From assembly GCF_003918875.1 (NCBI RefSeq), contig NW_025767523.1, forward strand, positions 372,001 to 436,000: 64,000 bases of DNA, read 5' to 3'. The translations under genes were made by a program, and so were the position numbers. Shown piece after piece: positions 25,851-38,769 of the stretch; positions within the stretch are counted from its first letter, which is position 1, and every line of letters starts with the position of its first letter. Source of the DNA: Haliotis rubra. Lineage: Eukaryota. A model generated the notes under the pieces. It ran no database searches, was not told the origin of the DNA, and saw only the letters and a program-made list of their open reading frames with translations.

Positions 25851-28800
25851 AGAAATATGTAGATATTATAATCCATAAGGATGAATTGTTGATAACAGTT
25901 GAATGTTCAGAATGTTTATATTTGAATAGATTTGATGATTCTAATATGGTGATGTTCTATCACTAATTATGATGGGTGTACTGCAGTCTGTAAACCAATG
26001 GGAAAGCGTTACTAGTATCCTTTATCGGGATCAGTTACGCACAACTTACGACTTTTTTTTCAATCGGCTCATGGTTCCCATCTATGCAGACACACTCGCG
26101 TATCTTGCTGATCTCTGCCGACTACTCCAGATATTTCCGACATTATACGATCGCTGGCGATTTTTAAAAAAACATTCTGTCAGGAGTTAGTCCCCTTGGG
26201 CTGAAGAAAGGGGTGTAAAGATATATGCAAGTCCAAATAGTCCTCATTTAAAAGCACAGGAGTTTTGATGTGACGGCCAGTGTTCATAAAACTGACTCGC
26301 CTTTATTTTCAAGACATTTAACCACAATGTGCGAGTCGTTATTTTGAGGGGTTAAAAAATCCCTTTAGTACACTGATAGCCATTCCTTAAGGCTAAAACA
26401 GTAGCTAGAAGAAGCAAAGTAGTATTTATCTTCTGCGCATGCCAGTGAATATCCGAGTTATTAGTTATTATTGGTCTTATTGGTTATTATTTAAGTATAT
26501 GTATTTTGGGCCGGAGGCCTGTTACTGAAATAAAATTCTGTTCTGTTCTGTTCATATTCATAGAAACTCTCCGCACAACTACTATGGCTCGAAGGGTAAT
26601 TCTAATGCCCATCAAGCCCGATATTTACTTAAACAGTTAACAACACAATTTGTTTGTGAAACGTTGCTTCTCTGTGTTGACCCGTGAAGGTCCGGGTTAT
26701 TATTGGTCTTCAGTAACCCATGCTTGTCGTAAGAGGCGACTAACGGGATTGGGGAGTCATCCTCGCTGACTTGGTTGACACATGTCATCGTATCCCAATT
26801 GCGTAGATCGATGTTCATGCTGTTGATCATTGGATTGTCTGGTCCAGATTGGTTTATGTACAGACCGCCGCCATTTAAAAGGAATATTGCAAAGTGCGGC
26901 TTTAAACAACAAACAAAACTTTCTGAGCATGGGCCAAATGAAACTATTTTGAGTGCCTCCATATCTGAAAATGTTCACTATGCATCCGTCAATAAATGTG
27001 CAAAGTTTTATGTTTTTATCATTAAATGAACATTATTTCGGCTGATCCGCTCCGCTAGATTGGAAAGAACAAAGGAGGTTCACTGATACGATTAATTAAC
27101 AAATACATCATTTAATCAGCAGCAGCAACATCATCCCGTTTGAACACAACCTGTTGCTAAACACAAAACTAATATACGAATGGGAAAAAAATACTCGGAA
27201 TATCAATTGATTATTGATAACCAAATATAAGGCTTAGTCAGAACTGCTCACTGTTGACATGTCATTGAAGGCTACTGCGAGAGATAATGGTTGTCATCCC
27301 TCGACTATCAGCAAATTGGCAAGAGAACTAGCATCAGCAAACAAATGATATACATCGAACTGACCTTGTAAGAAATATAGAAATGCCAGCAGTGATCGTC
27401 TGGTATACAACTTCGGATTTAATCGTCACACACACACACCTGCAGTCGTGATCCCAACACAAAGTATCGTCCGGCCATAATTATGTTGTATATTTCCATT
27501 GCGTATACCATGAACAGCGATTACAACAATTAAAATATACGCCTTTGAGTCGTCGCTTTAACCATAGTTTACTAGTTTACAGGTCCCCAAATATAATGAT
27601 CTGATCTTCCATCTTGATATGGGGATTCAACTGGAGTATCTTTTAAGGAATAATGAAATAGCAGATTTAATTCCTAAACATACATACCTTTACAGCCCAT
27701 TTCAATAAGTATGAGAACATCATGTCCTGGTTGTGGTTTAAAGAACATTGTTTCACTTTTGTTGCTTGGATATCATATAATGCAGATCTCAACAGCCCAC
27801 GGGAAACATTTTGGTTCATTGTTATGTTACATCACAGGTCAAGGCCATTATGCTGTCCATGGCCTACCTATATAAAATTGCTTGGGACCGAACTCAATGA
27901 GTTTCAGTAGGTTAATGAAACTTGGTATATGTCATCCTCAGGGAGGGGCCAGTTTGGCAGAGGTTGGAAGTGACCGATATGTTACATCAAGGTAACAGTG
28001 TAGGTCATTAACTTAAGGTTTTGTGAATGGAGTGGTTACCTTAGTTAACTACCAGAAATGATAATACTGGTAATGTAATGATGGAGATATAGGTTAAGGA
28101 CTTGCTGTAAGTCTTTTGGATACATTGAAGTCAAATTTGGTTTGTATTCAGGATGGTGCTTTGGAATGTTCTGGAATTGCTTGAAGGTAATGTTGAAACA
28201 TTATGTTCCTGACAAGTGTTAACTATGATATGATGGAATTTGGTACATATCCTAAAGGTCAGGTACTGAATCAAGCTTTTGTTCAAGCTGTAGAGCATTG
28301 GAATGGTTACTTTTTTTTTAAGGTAGTTTTGCATCTTTGTGTTGAGAACCACCTCCCTGTTCTAATGGATAGATCGTCAGTGGTGGAAGTTCAGTGGTTC
28401 GATCCCCCTAGCCATGTCTCACCATGAAGACATGAAAAGATGGTACTTGTTGTTACCCTGGTTGGCACTCCTCAACTTTATTGTATATAATAACAATAAC
28501 TTCAACAAAAAATCAGATTCATGGAAAAATTTACTAATATTTATTTATTTATATGTATATATATATTTATATAGCGCTATATATAGTCCATCCCATTTTC
28601 ACCTCGATCATTGAATGTCAATCTCAAGGGTACATCATACTTTCAATCTCAACTCCCTGAGGATCATTTAACTCGAGCAGCCACTAGACGCACCAAGTTA
28701 AGTTAATGTGGCTTTCCCATCCTTCCGAGGTACCCATTCATAGCTGGGTGGACTGGGACACAGTCACAGTACTTTGTCCAAGTTCACTGCACGTTGCTGT

Positions 28801-28955
28801 ACCCGCAACATAGCGCCACCTAGGTGTTGAAGGGGTCGCACGCATACGAGTCGAGCTCCGCGAAATCTTGCACTAGCTAACGAAGATAGTGAGCAGCACA
28901 GCAACTTGCACACAGCAGCACAGAGCGGTTTAATATCTGGGCCTAGAAGTAAGAT

Positions 28956-29854
28956 ATGGGATGTGATAATGTAGCATTTAGAGCCAGAATTGGCTGCTTC
29001 CAGTTAGTTTTTATCACATTCATGTCCAAACGTGCGCGACAAGCCGCCAAGCGTGTCCGCGTGCTGCACGTGCCGACAGGAGCACACACCTGTATCAAGC
29101 TAAGTTTGCTGCTGTCTCTACTACTGCTCCTGTGCAACGATGTGGAGACAAATCCCGGTCCACCTAAAACACGACAAACGACGATAGAGGGAGAGGTATG
29201 TTCATACGAACTATTAAAAGAATTTAAGGAGATGAGGATGGAAATGAATGAAAACTTCATGAAACTAAATAACAAAATTGAACGTCTTGAACAGGAAATG
29301 CTATCTATATCTGAGGAGAATTACCAAATGAAATCAACTATCACGTCACTTACTAATAAATTAGAATATTTGGAAAATATCTCGAAGCAAAACAATCTCA
29401 TTTTCTACAATCTGGAAGAAACATCAGGTGAATCAAACGAGGATACTGAAAAGAAAGTAATTGAACTGTTACATGATATTATGCACATGACTGATATCAC
29501 AGAGCTTGACCGTGTTACCCCGCCTCCCATCCCGGGCTCTTGGAGCCAGGCCAGTTCTCGTCACCTGCAGGAATCTGAAAGAGAGGAATAGCATCCTCCA
29601 GGCAACCAAGCATCTCAAGGGCCACGGCGTGTCTGTATCCCAGGACTTCACACAGAGAGTACGGGCTGTCAGGAAAATCCTGAAAAGTTACATGATGGAT
29701 GCAAAAAAAGGAAGGTAAATTTGCAACTCTTAAATCAGACAAGCTACAAATTGAAAATAAACTTTATCGTCTTAATGAAACTCAAGACAATATCGTCCTG
29801 ATCAAAACCTTCAAGCCTAGAACAGGGATTGCAGACCCGAACTCTACCCATTAG
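28956..29854 (+). pseudogene. LINE ORF1: 2A-like leader, coiled coil, L1-type RRM/CTD; two frameshifts
   Basis: MGCDNVAFRARIGCF..LLLLCNDVETNPGP, heptad-rich segment, KQNNLIFYNLEE, DRVxRL..RPVLV, SQDFT, LKSDKLQI. Frameshifts at ~29515 and in the A-run at ~29705; TAG at 29852-29854. Confidence 0.85.
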
Positions 29855-32800
29855 GGGTGTGGCCAAGGCCCAGGGGATACCACATGCAAGTGTCTATTCT
29901 GGAATATAGAGGGCATCAAAAACAAGTTTGGTAAATCGATATTTACTAGCTGTTGGAAAAATTATGATATCATCTCCTTAGTTGAAACCTGGTCCAATCC
30001 CTCTGACGTCTTTTCCTTTCCTGGCTACACTATCTACAACACAACACGACAGAAACAGGAACAAGCATTCAGGAACTCCGGTGGCATTGTAATCATGGTA
30101 TCGGACACGATTTCAAAGTTTGTTTCCTTCATACCCAGCTGTAGTGAAAACATTTCCTGGCTTCATATAAAGCCTCCTAATCAGGCTCTAACATTATATT
30201 TCGGTGTTGTGTATTACTCTCCAGATAATTCTAGCAGATATGCTGATGAGGCAGTGTTTGATATACTTGAGGAAGAAATCAGCAATTTCCGGTCTTCAGA
30301 TCCACTTTGCAGAGTTATAGTCCAGGGCGATCTCAATGCACGGACAGGCGATGGTTCATACAAAGACTATATCTACAACGATGACCCAACACATCTGCCT
30401 ATAGACGAGGACATCAACTATGTCCCTGACGACGACATCCCACAACGGGTATCCCAGGATGCTGTTATCAATAGACGTGGCCACGCCCTCCTAGACTTCT
30501 GTATCAACACTGGGCTTAGAATATGCAATGGTAGGTTCTTTAAAGATAGTAATATTGGAAAAATTACATGTTTTGCTAATAGTGGCCAGAGTGTCGTGGA
30601 TTATGTTTTATGCTCTGATAATGCCTTTTCATTGTTCAATGATTTTGAAATATCTGAAGAAGTAGAATTGACTCATTTACCAGTGACATTCTCATTGCTG
30701 TTTGATATGGGTGTAAACACTACCACTAAGTTGTATAATCTAACACCAAAGATCAAATTCTCTTTAAAGGGAGAATCTCTGTCTGAATACGCTACTAATT
30801 GGCAATCATTAGAGCCAAATGTTATGGAAATTTTTAATAGCCATATTGAAAACAATGATATCAACAGTGCTTCCTCTTTGTTTCATGCCACTGTCGAGTC
30901 ATGCGCCGAACACTGTAAGCAACGCCAACTGGTCGGATCACATATACACAAGGGAGACAACTGGTACGATGATGAATGCCTTGCAGCACGAAATGTAGCT
31001 CGACGCTTACTCCGTGCCTTCCATGCCAGTAACGGTTCTTGTGACCGACAACGGTACATCGATTCGTGGTCCTCCTATAAACAGCTATGTGCATCTAAGC
31101 AGTCAGCATCTTTGGCAGACTTTACTGATAAACTATGCAGTGCACTATGTACTAAAGATAATAAATTGTTTTGGAAAACTGTCAAACCTAAATCACAATT
31201 TACAAAAAATAAGATAAAACCTATAGACTGGAACCTACACTTTCATGATCTCTTCCAAGGTCTGCATTTCTCAGTGGAGTATGAGGAATTCTATAATGAG
31301 GTGAATCAATTTGTTTTGTCTATCAGTGAGGAATTTATTGAACAATCTGCAAATTATGATGATCTAGACAATGAAATAAGTTATCAGGAAATTGTAGATG
31401 CCATAAACAGTATGCAATGTGGCAAATCCCCAGGTATAAGTGGTATTGCTATTGAATTCTTCAAAAGCGCCCCAAGAGAATGCATAGACATGTTGAAATC
31501 TTTATTTAACGGTGTCCTATCTACGGGTATCTATCCGACTGAGTGGACAGTAGGAGTAATTATTCCTATTTTCAAGAAGGGTAATGTCAATGATCCAGCC
31601 AACTACCGGCCTATAACCTTACTTGAAGTATCTGGCAAAATATTTTCAAAATTATAAGTACTAGACTAACTCTCTGGGCTGAGCGGGAAAGTTTCCTTGC
31701 CCCAGAACAGGCAGGCTTTAGACATGGATTCCAAACCCATGATAATATATTTATATTGAATTCGATCGTTCAAAGATACCTCTCTCTGTATAAAGGAAGA
31801 TTATACTGTGCTTTTATTGACTTGAAAGCTGCGTTTGATTCGGTTGACAGGAACAGTCTCTTCTATAAACTGTGGTTGGGAAATGTTAAAGGGAAATTAT
31901 TCAGATTATTGAAAAACATGTACAAATCTGTAAGATCATGTGTCTCTATAAATGAAGGATATACAGCATTTTTGAGTGCCAAAATGGCGTCCGCCAGGGT
32001 TGCCAACTATCCCTTTCTTGTTCTCATTTTTGTAAATGATATTGTAGAGAGCCTAGCATTAGATAACCAGAGGGTGTGAATCTGGAACTAATTGAATTGT
32101 TTATATTACTATTTGCTGACGACATTGTAATCTTTGACTTTTCTGTTGGTGGTCTCCAAAAGAGATTAGACAAATTAGTTGGTTATTGTGACCGTTGGAA
32201 ACTAAAATCAATGTAGCAAAGAGTAAAATTATTGTGTTTAGAAAGGGTGGCAGACTTAAGAAATGCGAACGATTTTATCTAAAAATAATGTTATTGATAC
32301 TGTCTCATCCTATAAGTACTTAGGGGTTCATTTATCCAGCTCAGGCTCGTGGTATATAACTCAAAAACCCTCATAGAACAAGCATGGAAAGTTCTTGGTA
32401 TACTCAGATCATCAATACCTAATTTCTCAAATCTCCCCATTCATGTTTTGTTCAAAATATTTGATGTTAAAATTCTCCCAATCTTACTGTATGGCAGCGA
32501 AGTATGGGGATTTCACACAGCACCTAATGTTATTAATATCCATGACAAATTTTGCAAACAAGTTCTCAATCTTCCAAGAAGCACCCCGAATATATTCGCT
32601 CATGCCGAGCTTGGTAGACACTCCCTTAAAGTTAATATTTACTGTAAAATTATTAAATATTGGATAAGACTGGTATCTCAAGCTGATAATGTTATTTTAA
32701 AGAAAGTGTATGAATATCAATATCGAACTGCAGAGAAAGGACGCCCATGTTGGGCACTAAGTGTAAAAAGACTTCTAAATCAATATGGTTTTGGATATGC

Positions 32801-33305
32801 CTGGTTTTACCAGAATGTTGGGAATGTCACTACTTTCATATCTCTGTTCAAACAAAGATGTATTGACGTTCATAACCAATCATGGAAAGGTGATATGCTG
32901 TGTTTTTCTAAACTTGATTTTCTGAGTAATATCAAAAACAAAGTTTGCTTAGAGTTCTACATTAATCACGTTCAATGCAAAGTATTTCGTATTGCCTTAA
33001 GTAGAATTAGAAGCTCCAGTCATATGTTAATGATTGAATATGGTAGACGCCTTGGTCTAAAGCGAAATGAACGCTTGTGTCCATTGTGTATTATTCCTAC
33101 TGTAGAAAGCGAATTTCATTTTTGCCTAGAATGTCCATTTTATAATAATCTTAGAGAAATGACAATTCCAAATTATTATTACAATTTCCCGTCACAACAG
33201 AAACTGTCTCAGTTGTTCATGACGAAGAATATACTTCTTATTAATAATCTTGGAAAATTTGTGTATCTAGCTTTAAAGAAGCGTAATGCATTCTTGAGTG
33301 TATAG
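29855..33305 (+). pseudogene. LINE ORF2: AP endonuclease, reverse transcriptase and C-terminal zinc knuckle; several frameshifts
   Basis: FWNIEG, LVETW, GDLNAR, SVVDY, KSPG, NYRPITL, FIDLKAAFDSV, LFADD, YKYLG and CPLC..ESEFHFCLECP. Confidence 0.92.
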
Positions 33306-36300
33306 TACCCCTACAGCCTCTTGTATCTGCTGATTAGTACTTGTGCTAATATTGAATATTTTATGGCGCTTGTTAGACCTTGCACTTTGTACATTTGTAT
33401 AATGGGCCTGTGGCCCCTTTACTTGAATAAACCTCTCTCTCTCACTAGGTGTTTGCACGTATTCATGTGGCCACCATCTGGTCATTAACCAACGGATTTG
33501 TGGATTCTTTTAAGTGCACAGGGTTGTGTACTGTGCACTAGGGGTTGTGGCAACACTGAAAGAGTCTGCACACAAACTTGACTCCAAGGTTTTTACACAA
33601 TTTGACAATTTCCTTTTACTTATTTTGAAAGACCAAATCTTCAAATATACTCATGCCAATAATGGGTGTCATCCCCCTCCCCACCTCAACCCCACACACA
33701 CCTCTTTAATTAACAAATTGAATGGGGTGACAACCATTATAGGTTATATAGTATATAGTATAGTTCAAATATGCACAAAATGTTCTTTAGATTTTAATTA
33801 TTATGTAAATGTTCCAATTGTTCAAGCCACATCACATGTCTCTTCATGAAGCTGAATACACTGCAGCATGATTGTACAACCTGTTTTCCCCATCCCATTT
33901 GTATGTCCGGAGGAACTTGCAAATAACAACTGAAACACACACTATAAAAAAAAGCAGTAACTTTTATAAATGTAATAACAATGCCTTGACAAAATCAAAT
34001 TGATGGAAACATTTACTGACAATAGATCATTTCATTTTGCTTGTTTCGGGAGACTAAGTCTTCAAATAGTCCAAATAGGCACAAAGTGTTCTTTAGATTT
34101 TCACAATTTTGTAAATGTTCAAATTGTTTAAGTCACATCACATGTCCATCTAGTACAGAGTGAACAGTCTCTTGACGAAGCTGAAGACACTGCAGCAGCA
34201 TGCTGTCTCAAATGACTGTGGCTGACTTGGTTCTTGCAGGTGGCTCACATCAATCAGGACATAGGATTCTGTTTTCACAGGCTGTACTGTAAATGGTGAT
34301 GTGGGATTTCCCAAGTCTATCTCAGGTATGTCCTGCTCCAAGTTCATGGAGGAAAGTATCGCACATGGTTTTGTGGGATCTCCCAAGTCTATCTCAAGGA
34401 TGTCCTGCTCCAAGTTCATGGAGGAACCAGACAATGACCGAAGGGCAGGGTTAGGGAGAGGGGTCTGGGTGATGGGTGGGGATACCTCAGCAGTTGACAG
34501 CTTAGAGGGGAAAGGAAGGCAGTGTAATGAGGACAGAAGATGTGTAAACAAATAGCTAATTTAATAATCTTTCTTCCATATTAAAATGGCATAGTGTGTG
34601 ATTGTTTCCAGAAGGTACATGTCAAAGTTGTCTACTTCTTCTAATCAGAAATCTTGATTTATTGTTTTCTTTTAATTATATTTAAATCTAATGAATGGTT
34701 TACACCTAAAATGGCGACAAAAAACTCCAAATCACAACCGTCTGTTTTATATCATGGGGAGAGGTCAAGAAAATCCCTAGATGACCTACTGGGAGAGGGA
34801 CAGATTTGTCGGAGGGGCAGGCAGCAATGGTAGGACGCTGAGACTTTCTCAACTCTTCCCGAGCTGCCGAGGGAAATGATGAATAAATCTATGTAAAACG
34901 TATTTTAAAATTGATGCTAGATAGGGAAATGGATCTAAGACTTAAAATAAAAAATATGAATTATCATTATTTCCAACCTCCGCAGTTGGGTCCTGTGTTT
35001 TCAACTTATAAAATCAGACTGCTGTGTTCTTTACGTGGAAATAAGTCCACATTATCTTATATACACGTATTATATATGATTCACATAAAGATTTGAGGGT
35101 CTCATGAAAATCGTGTTTACTCGTTAGCTAACTACTGAGGTTTGTTGATCGAACGCCATTAGGCAGACATGCGGCCAAAGTTAGACTTACTGATAATATA
35201 CCGAAATCAAAACCAAATTTAACTTAAAAGACCTAAATAATGTACCTTGATGGTAAACACTTGCAACACTCGTGAACATGATGCAAAGTTGGTCACAAGT
35301 GTGAATCAAATCGTAAAATGACAGCAGAGACTTGGATTTTGCAACACAGATGCTAAACAACAATGGCGTCGTTTGCAGAGAACAGTCACCATGGAGATGT
35401 TCTCGCGAGATCACAACGGGTGTTTTCAGGTGAACTGGCAACGAGGATGTGTTGCGTGAAGAATGTTATCCAGTCTGCTTCTTATCACATATGTCCTCTT
35501 AACCCTCACTTTGAAGTCGAATAAAATTCAACATACATCACGCACACAAACAGGTATTACAGTTTGAACTCTCCAGGCCATCTTCCTGTTTCTTGATACC
35601 ATCCACTATCATCTTAGTCAAAGCAAACGTGCTGAAAATGAAATTTCACAATTTGCTGTATCGCCATTTTTGAAACATTACGAAATCGCTATTCACGGCC
35701 TTATTTGGTTATGTTTTGAAATGAAAACATCGGATGATTACTCGAAGTAAGGATAACATCAAATCACCGGTGAAACGTCGCCGATAAACCTAGAATCGGT
35801 TGGGATACACAAACACGAACGCCGAAGTGAGCTCTCGGCCATATAATTTGGATAGTGTTTACAAACGCACGTTTCGCGAAGGCCGGTAATGGGCCTATTA
35901 CATAACCCACATTTCACACTAAGCTGCGACAAATACATCACTGAATACCTCATTCGGTTTAGAATCAAACAGCAAATGATATGTGCCACCAAAGCCAAGT
36001 GTCTAGATCATATACTAGATGAAATCAAACGAAACATATTGGGTGTGAAAACAAACGTCGAGATTTTGCTCTGTGTAGCATTTTCTCAAATTTTCAGACT
36101 TCCATACGTCTATTCGTAGCATGCATAGGCTCAATACTTTTGGAATATGCATGGAAAGAGTATCGTAGCAAGAAAAAATAAATGAAAAATAACACAATAC
36201 AATGATTCCATAAATTGCTAACAAATTGTCAAATTTTCCGCGTAACGTGACGCCATAACTGACGCAAAATTACCCAGAACGACAACGGTAATATTATCGA

Positions 36301-37299
36301 CATTTCTGACTTCTTCTCTTACTTACAATGAAAGCAATAAAAACAAATAACAGCACGCAGATAGTCAGAATGTTTCTGATTACTTACATGACATATTTAT
36401 GTACAAAAGATCCCTGAATCGAGGGAAGGTCTCCCAAAAAATCCTGCGTACCACTGTCAGCGAACCCGCCATTTTGTAAATAAATCGGTCACCGCTTGTG
36501 AGGTCATACGTCAACATTGTTGTCCATATTTCGTATTTCTTTAAGGTGAAGCCGGTCGGTTGAATGGTATCGGTATGGAAGGTCGGTATCCTTTGAGTGA
36601 GTGAGTGGGTATGGTTTCAAAGGCGGATCCAGGAATTTTCAATAGGGAGGGAAGGGAGGTTCGAAACCCCCTGAAATATATGTCTTGCCATGTCCTCCTC
36701 TGGTCAAACGGTACAGTATTATTCTGATAGGTTCACACAAATGGAGTTATCTTTTTCATCTTTCTATGTATAATAATGAAGAGAAATAGACACATAATAA
36801 TGAACAAGGAAAGGTTCTGTTCTGACAAAATAGTTGTGTCTTTTTCATTTACGTTAGATTACTGCCAAGCAGATGCGCGTCTTGTCCATATTCAAGCTGT
36901 CAAACTGTCTAATTGTTAATCTTTTCAGGAAATCTATTCAAATGGTAAAATCAGTCATTTCATGTTCTGTCAAAATAGTGTCAAATTCTGACAATCTGAC
37001 TAACAAAGAATTGGTACTGTACTCAGTCAGTACTGTGTCTGAATGAGGTATGTCTGTGGGCAGATTTTTGCCGACATGTTACTGAAAGGTAAAAATTCAA
37101 AGAATACATTATTAACCTTTAGTGACTGTCAAATTGATTTATCTTATAACATTGACAACATCACCCGAACACAACCGACCTCAGAAAAAACATGCAAAAT
37201 GTGTGGCATGAATGTGCTCCACTCTTCACACATGCACCCTGATCGGTGTAAACCTACCTGTAATCATTCCTCTGGTACAACTTGTTGCTTAGATCAACC

Positions 37300-37813
37300 A
37301 CATCACACGTATGGACTGGCCTGCAAGGTCACTTGATCTGAATCCCATTGAACATGCTTGGGACATTATTGGTAGTCGTGTTAACGGTCTCCATGTTCAC
37401 CCCTAGACTCTTGATGACCTTGAGCAGGCGTTACAGAGAGAATGACATAATATTCCACAACAGCAACTTTAAAGACTCATTTGGTCAATGCAAAGAGGTG
37501 TAGAAGCTTGCATTTGTGCTCATGGTGGTCATTCGCGTTACTGAACACTGCTTCACTGTCCAAAACAGACTTGAATCTTAATGTTAACATTTTACTCCAT
37601 CAATGCAGCACATTTTGCACGACTGTTTCACGGGTACACACTTTTGATGATTTGTAAGTCTATTATTTGTCAATACCATTATATTTCATTTTGTTAATCG
37701 TGTGTACATATGTTTCACCTTTCTATTGCATCATTCCATTATTTGCAATTTCAATAAATGAAACTGTAATGAGACTAAAAATTTGTGTTGCTTAACTTTT
37801 TGTGAGGAGTATA
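37300..37813 (+). mobile_element. Tc1-like transposon 3' fragment
   Basis: WPARSLDLNPIEHAWD..GGHSRY; ends in a TIR-like CTTAACTTTTTGTGAGGAG-TA. Confidence 0.75.
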
Positions 37814-37889
37814 TAAATAAGAAATGTCTTATGACGCATTTTGATATTCTTTATAATACACTTAATCCATAACCCAAACAGGGCCCTGT

Positions 37890-38420
37890 CGGTAGTTTTT
37901 ATTTGTATGTGTTTTTCGTGCTTTCAAGAAGTCCGTGGAAAAATGGCATAAAACGTGCTCTTTAAAAAGTGTGGCTCGAATCATTGTCACCAAAATCATT
38001 GTTTAGTCGTCGACGGGTCCGAAAAACGCAAATTTTGAAGAATCTGATTGCATTTCTCTATGCCACGGCGAACTGAAAATGAAAGAAGGTGAGCCATTGG
38101 AATACTTGAAACCGGAACACCCCAGCGCAACGTTGCACAGCAGTTAACGTTCACAGGAACACCATCAGCCGTTTGTGAAGATGTTATCAACAAAACGCCG
38201 TCGTTGCAGACCGTCACCGTGGCCGTCCACCTGTAACCACGCAACGCAACGATGGTTGGATTCGAACCACCTTTCTGCGTCAAAGATTCCAACCAGCCAC
38301 ACTAACAGCCCGAACAGTTCCTGGTGTCGCAGGATATCGCCAAGGGATATTCGCTGGCGTCTAGCTGCACACAGGATAATAATGAGAATAACTTTGGCTG
38401 TATATAGCGCTGGTATCCAG
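37890..38420 (+). mobile_element. Tc1-like transposon 5' (HTH) fragment
   Basis: MPRRTENERR*AIGILETGTPQRNVAQQL..DRHRGRPPVTT-like remnants. Confidence 0.65.
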
Positions 38421-38769
38421 TGATCGCTCTCAAAAGCGCTTCTAGGAGTTCTACATTGACTGGAGTGAAACACATCGTTGTATGTCTTGAGATGTTTCTG
38501 GAAAGTGGCAACATCTTGAATATTTCTGATGTCAGTAGGGAGACTGTGGGTACAGCTGCTGCAAAGAACCTATCTCCAAATTAATGATGCTTTGCGAGAT
38601 GCTGGCACGCAGAGCAGATTCTGATCCCCGTACGAAGAGTTCTTGCTGGTGTGACTGGTTATGAGGTTTGCAAATACTGTGCTGCAAGGCCATGCCTTGC
38701 TTCGAACACAATGAGGAGGATCTTGTACCGAATCCTGCTGGAGTTCTGTTTGATTGGCATTTTAGAAGT

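Larger units (their letters stand above)
28829..33444 (+). mobile_element. Full-length APE-type non-LTR retrotransposon (RTE-X-like; clade uncertain) with 9-bp TSD
   Basis: TSD CTAGGTGTT at 28820-28828 and 33445-33453, with a single copy of that sequence at the empty sites in A (~9394) and B (~21184). 3' AATAAA plus a (CT)n tail; ORF1 and ORF2 present. Confidence 0.92.
24490..36644. repeat. Segmental duplication copy C (includes the LINE insertion)
   Basis: Starts in the R4-like fragment as copy A does; ends at the same GGCGGATCCAGGAATTTTCAATAG as copy A. Confidence 0.9.
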
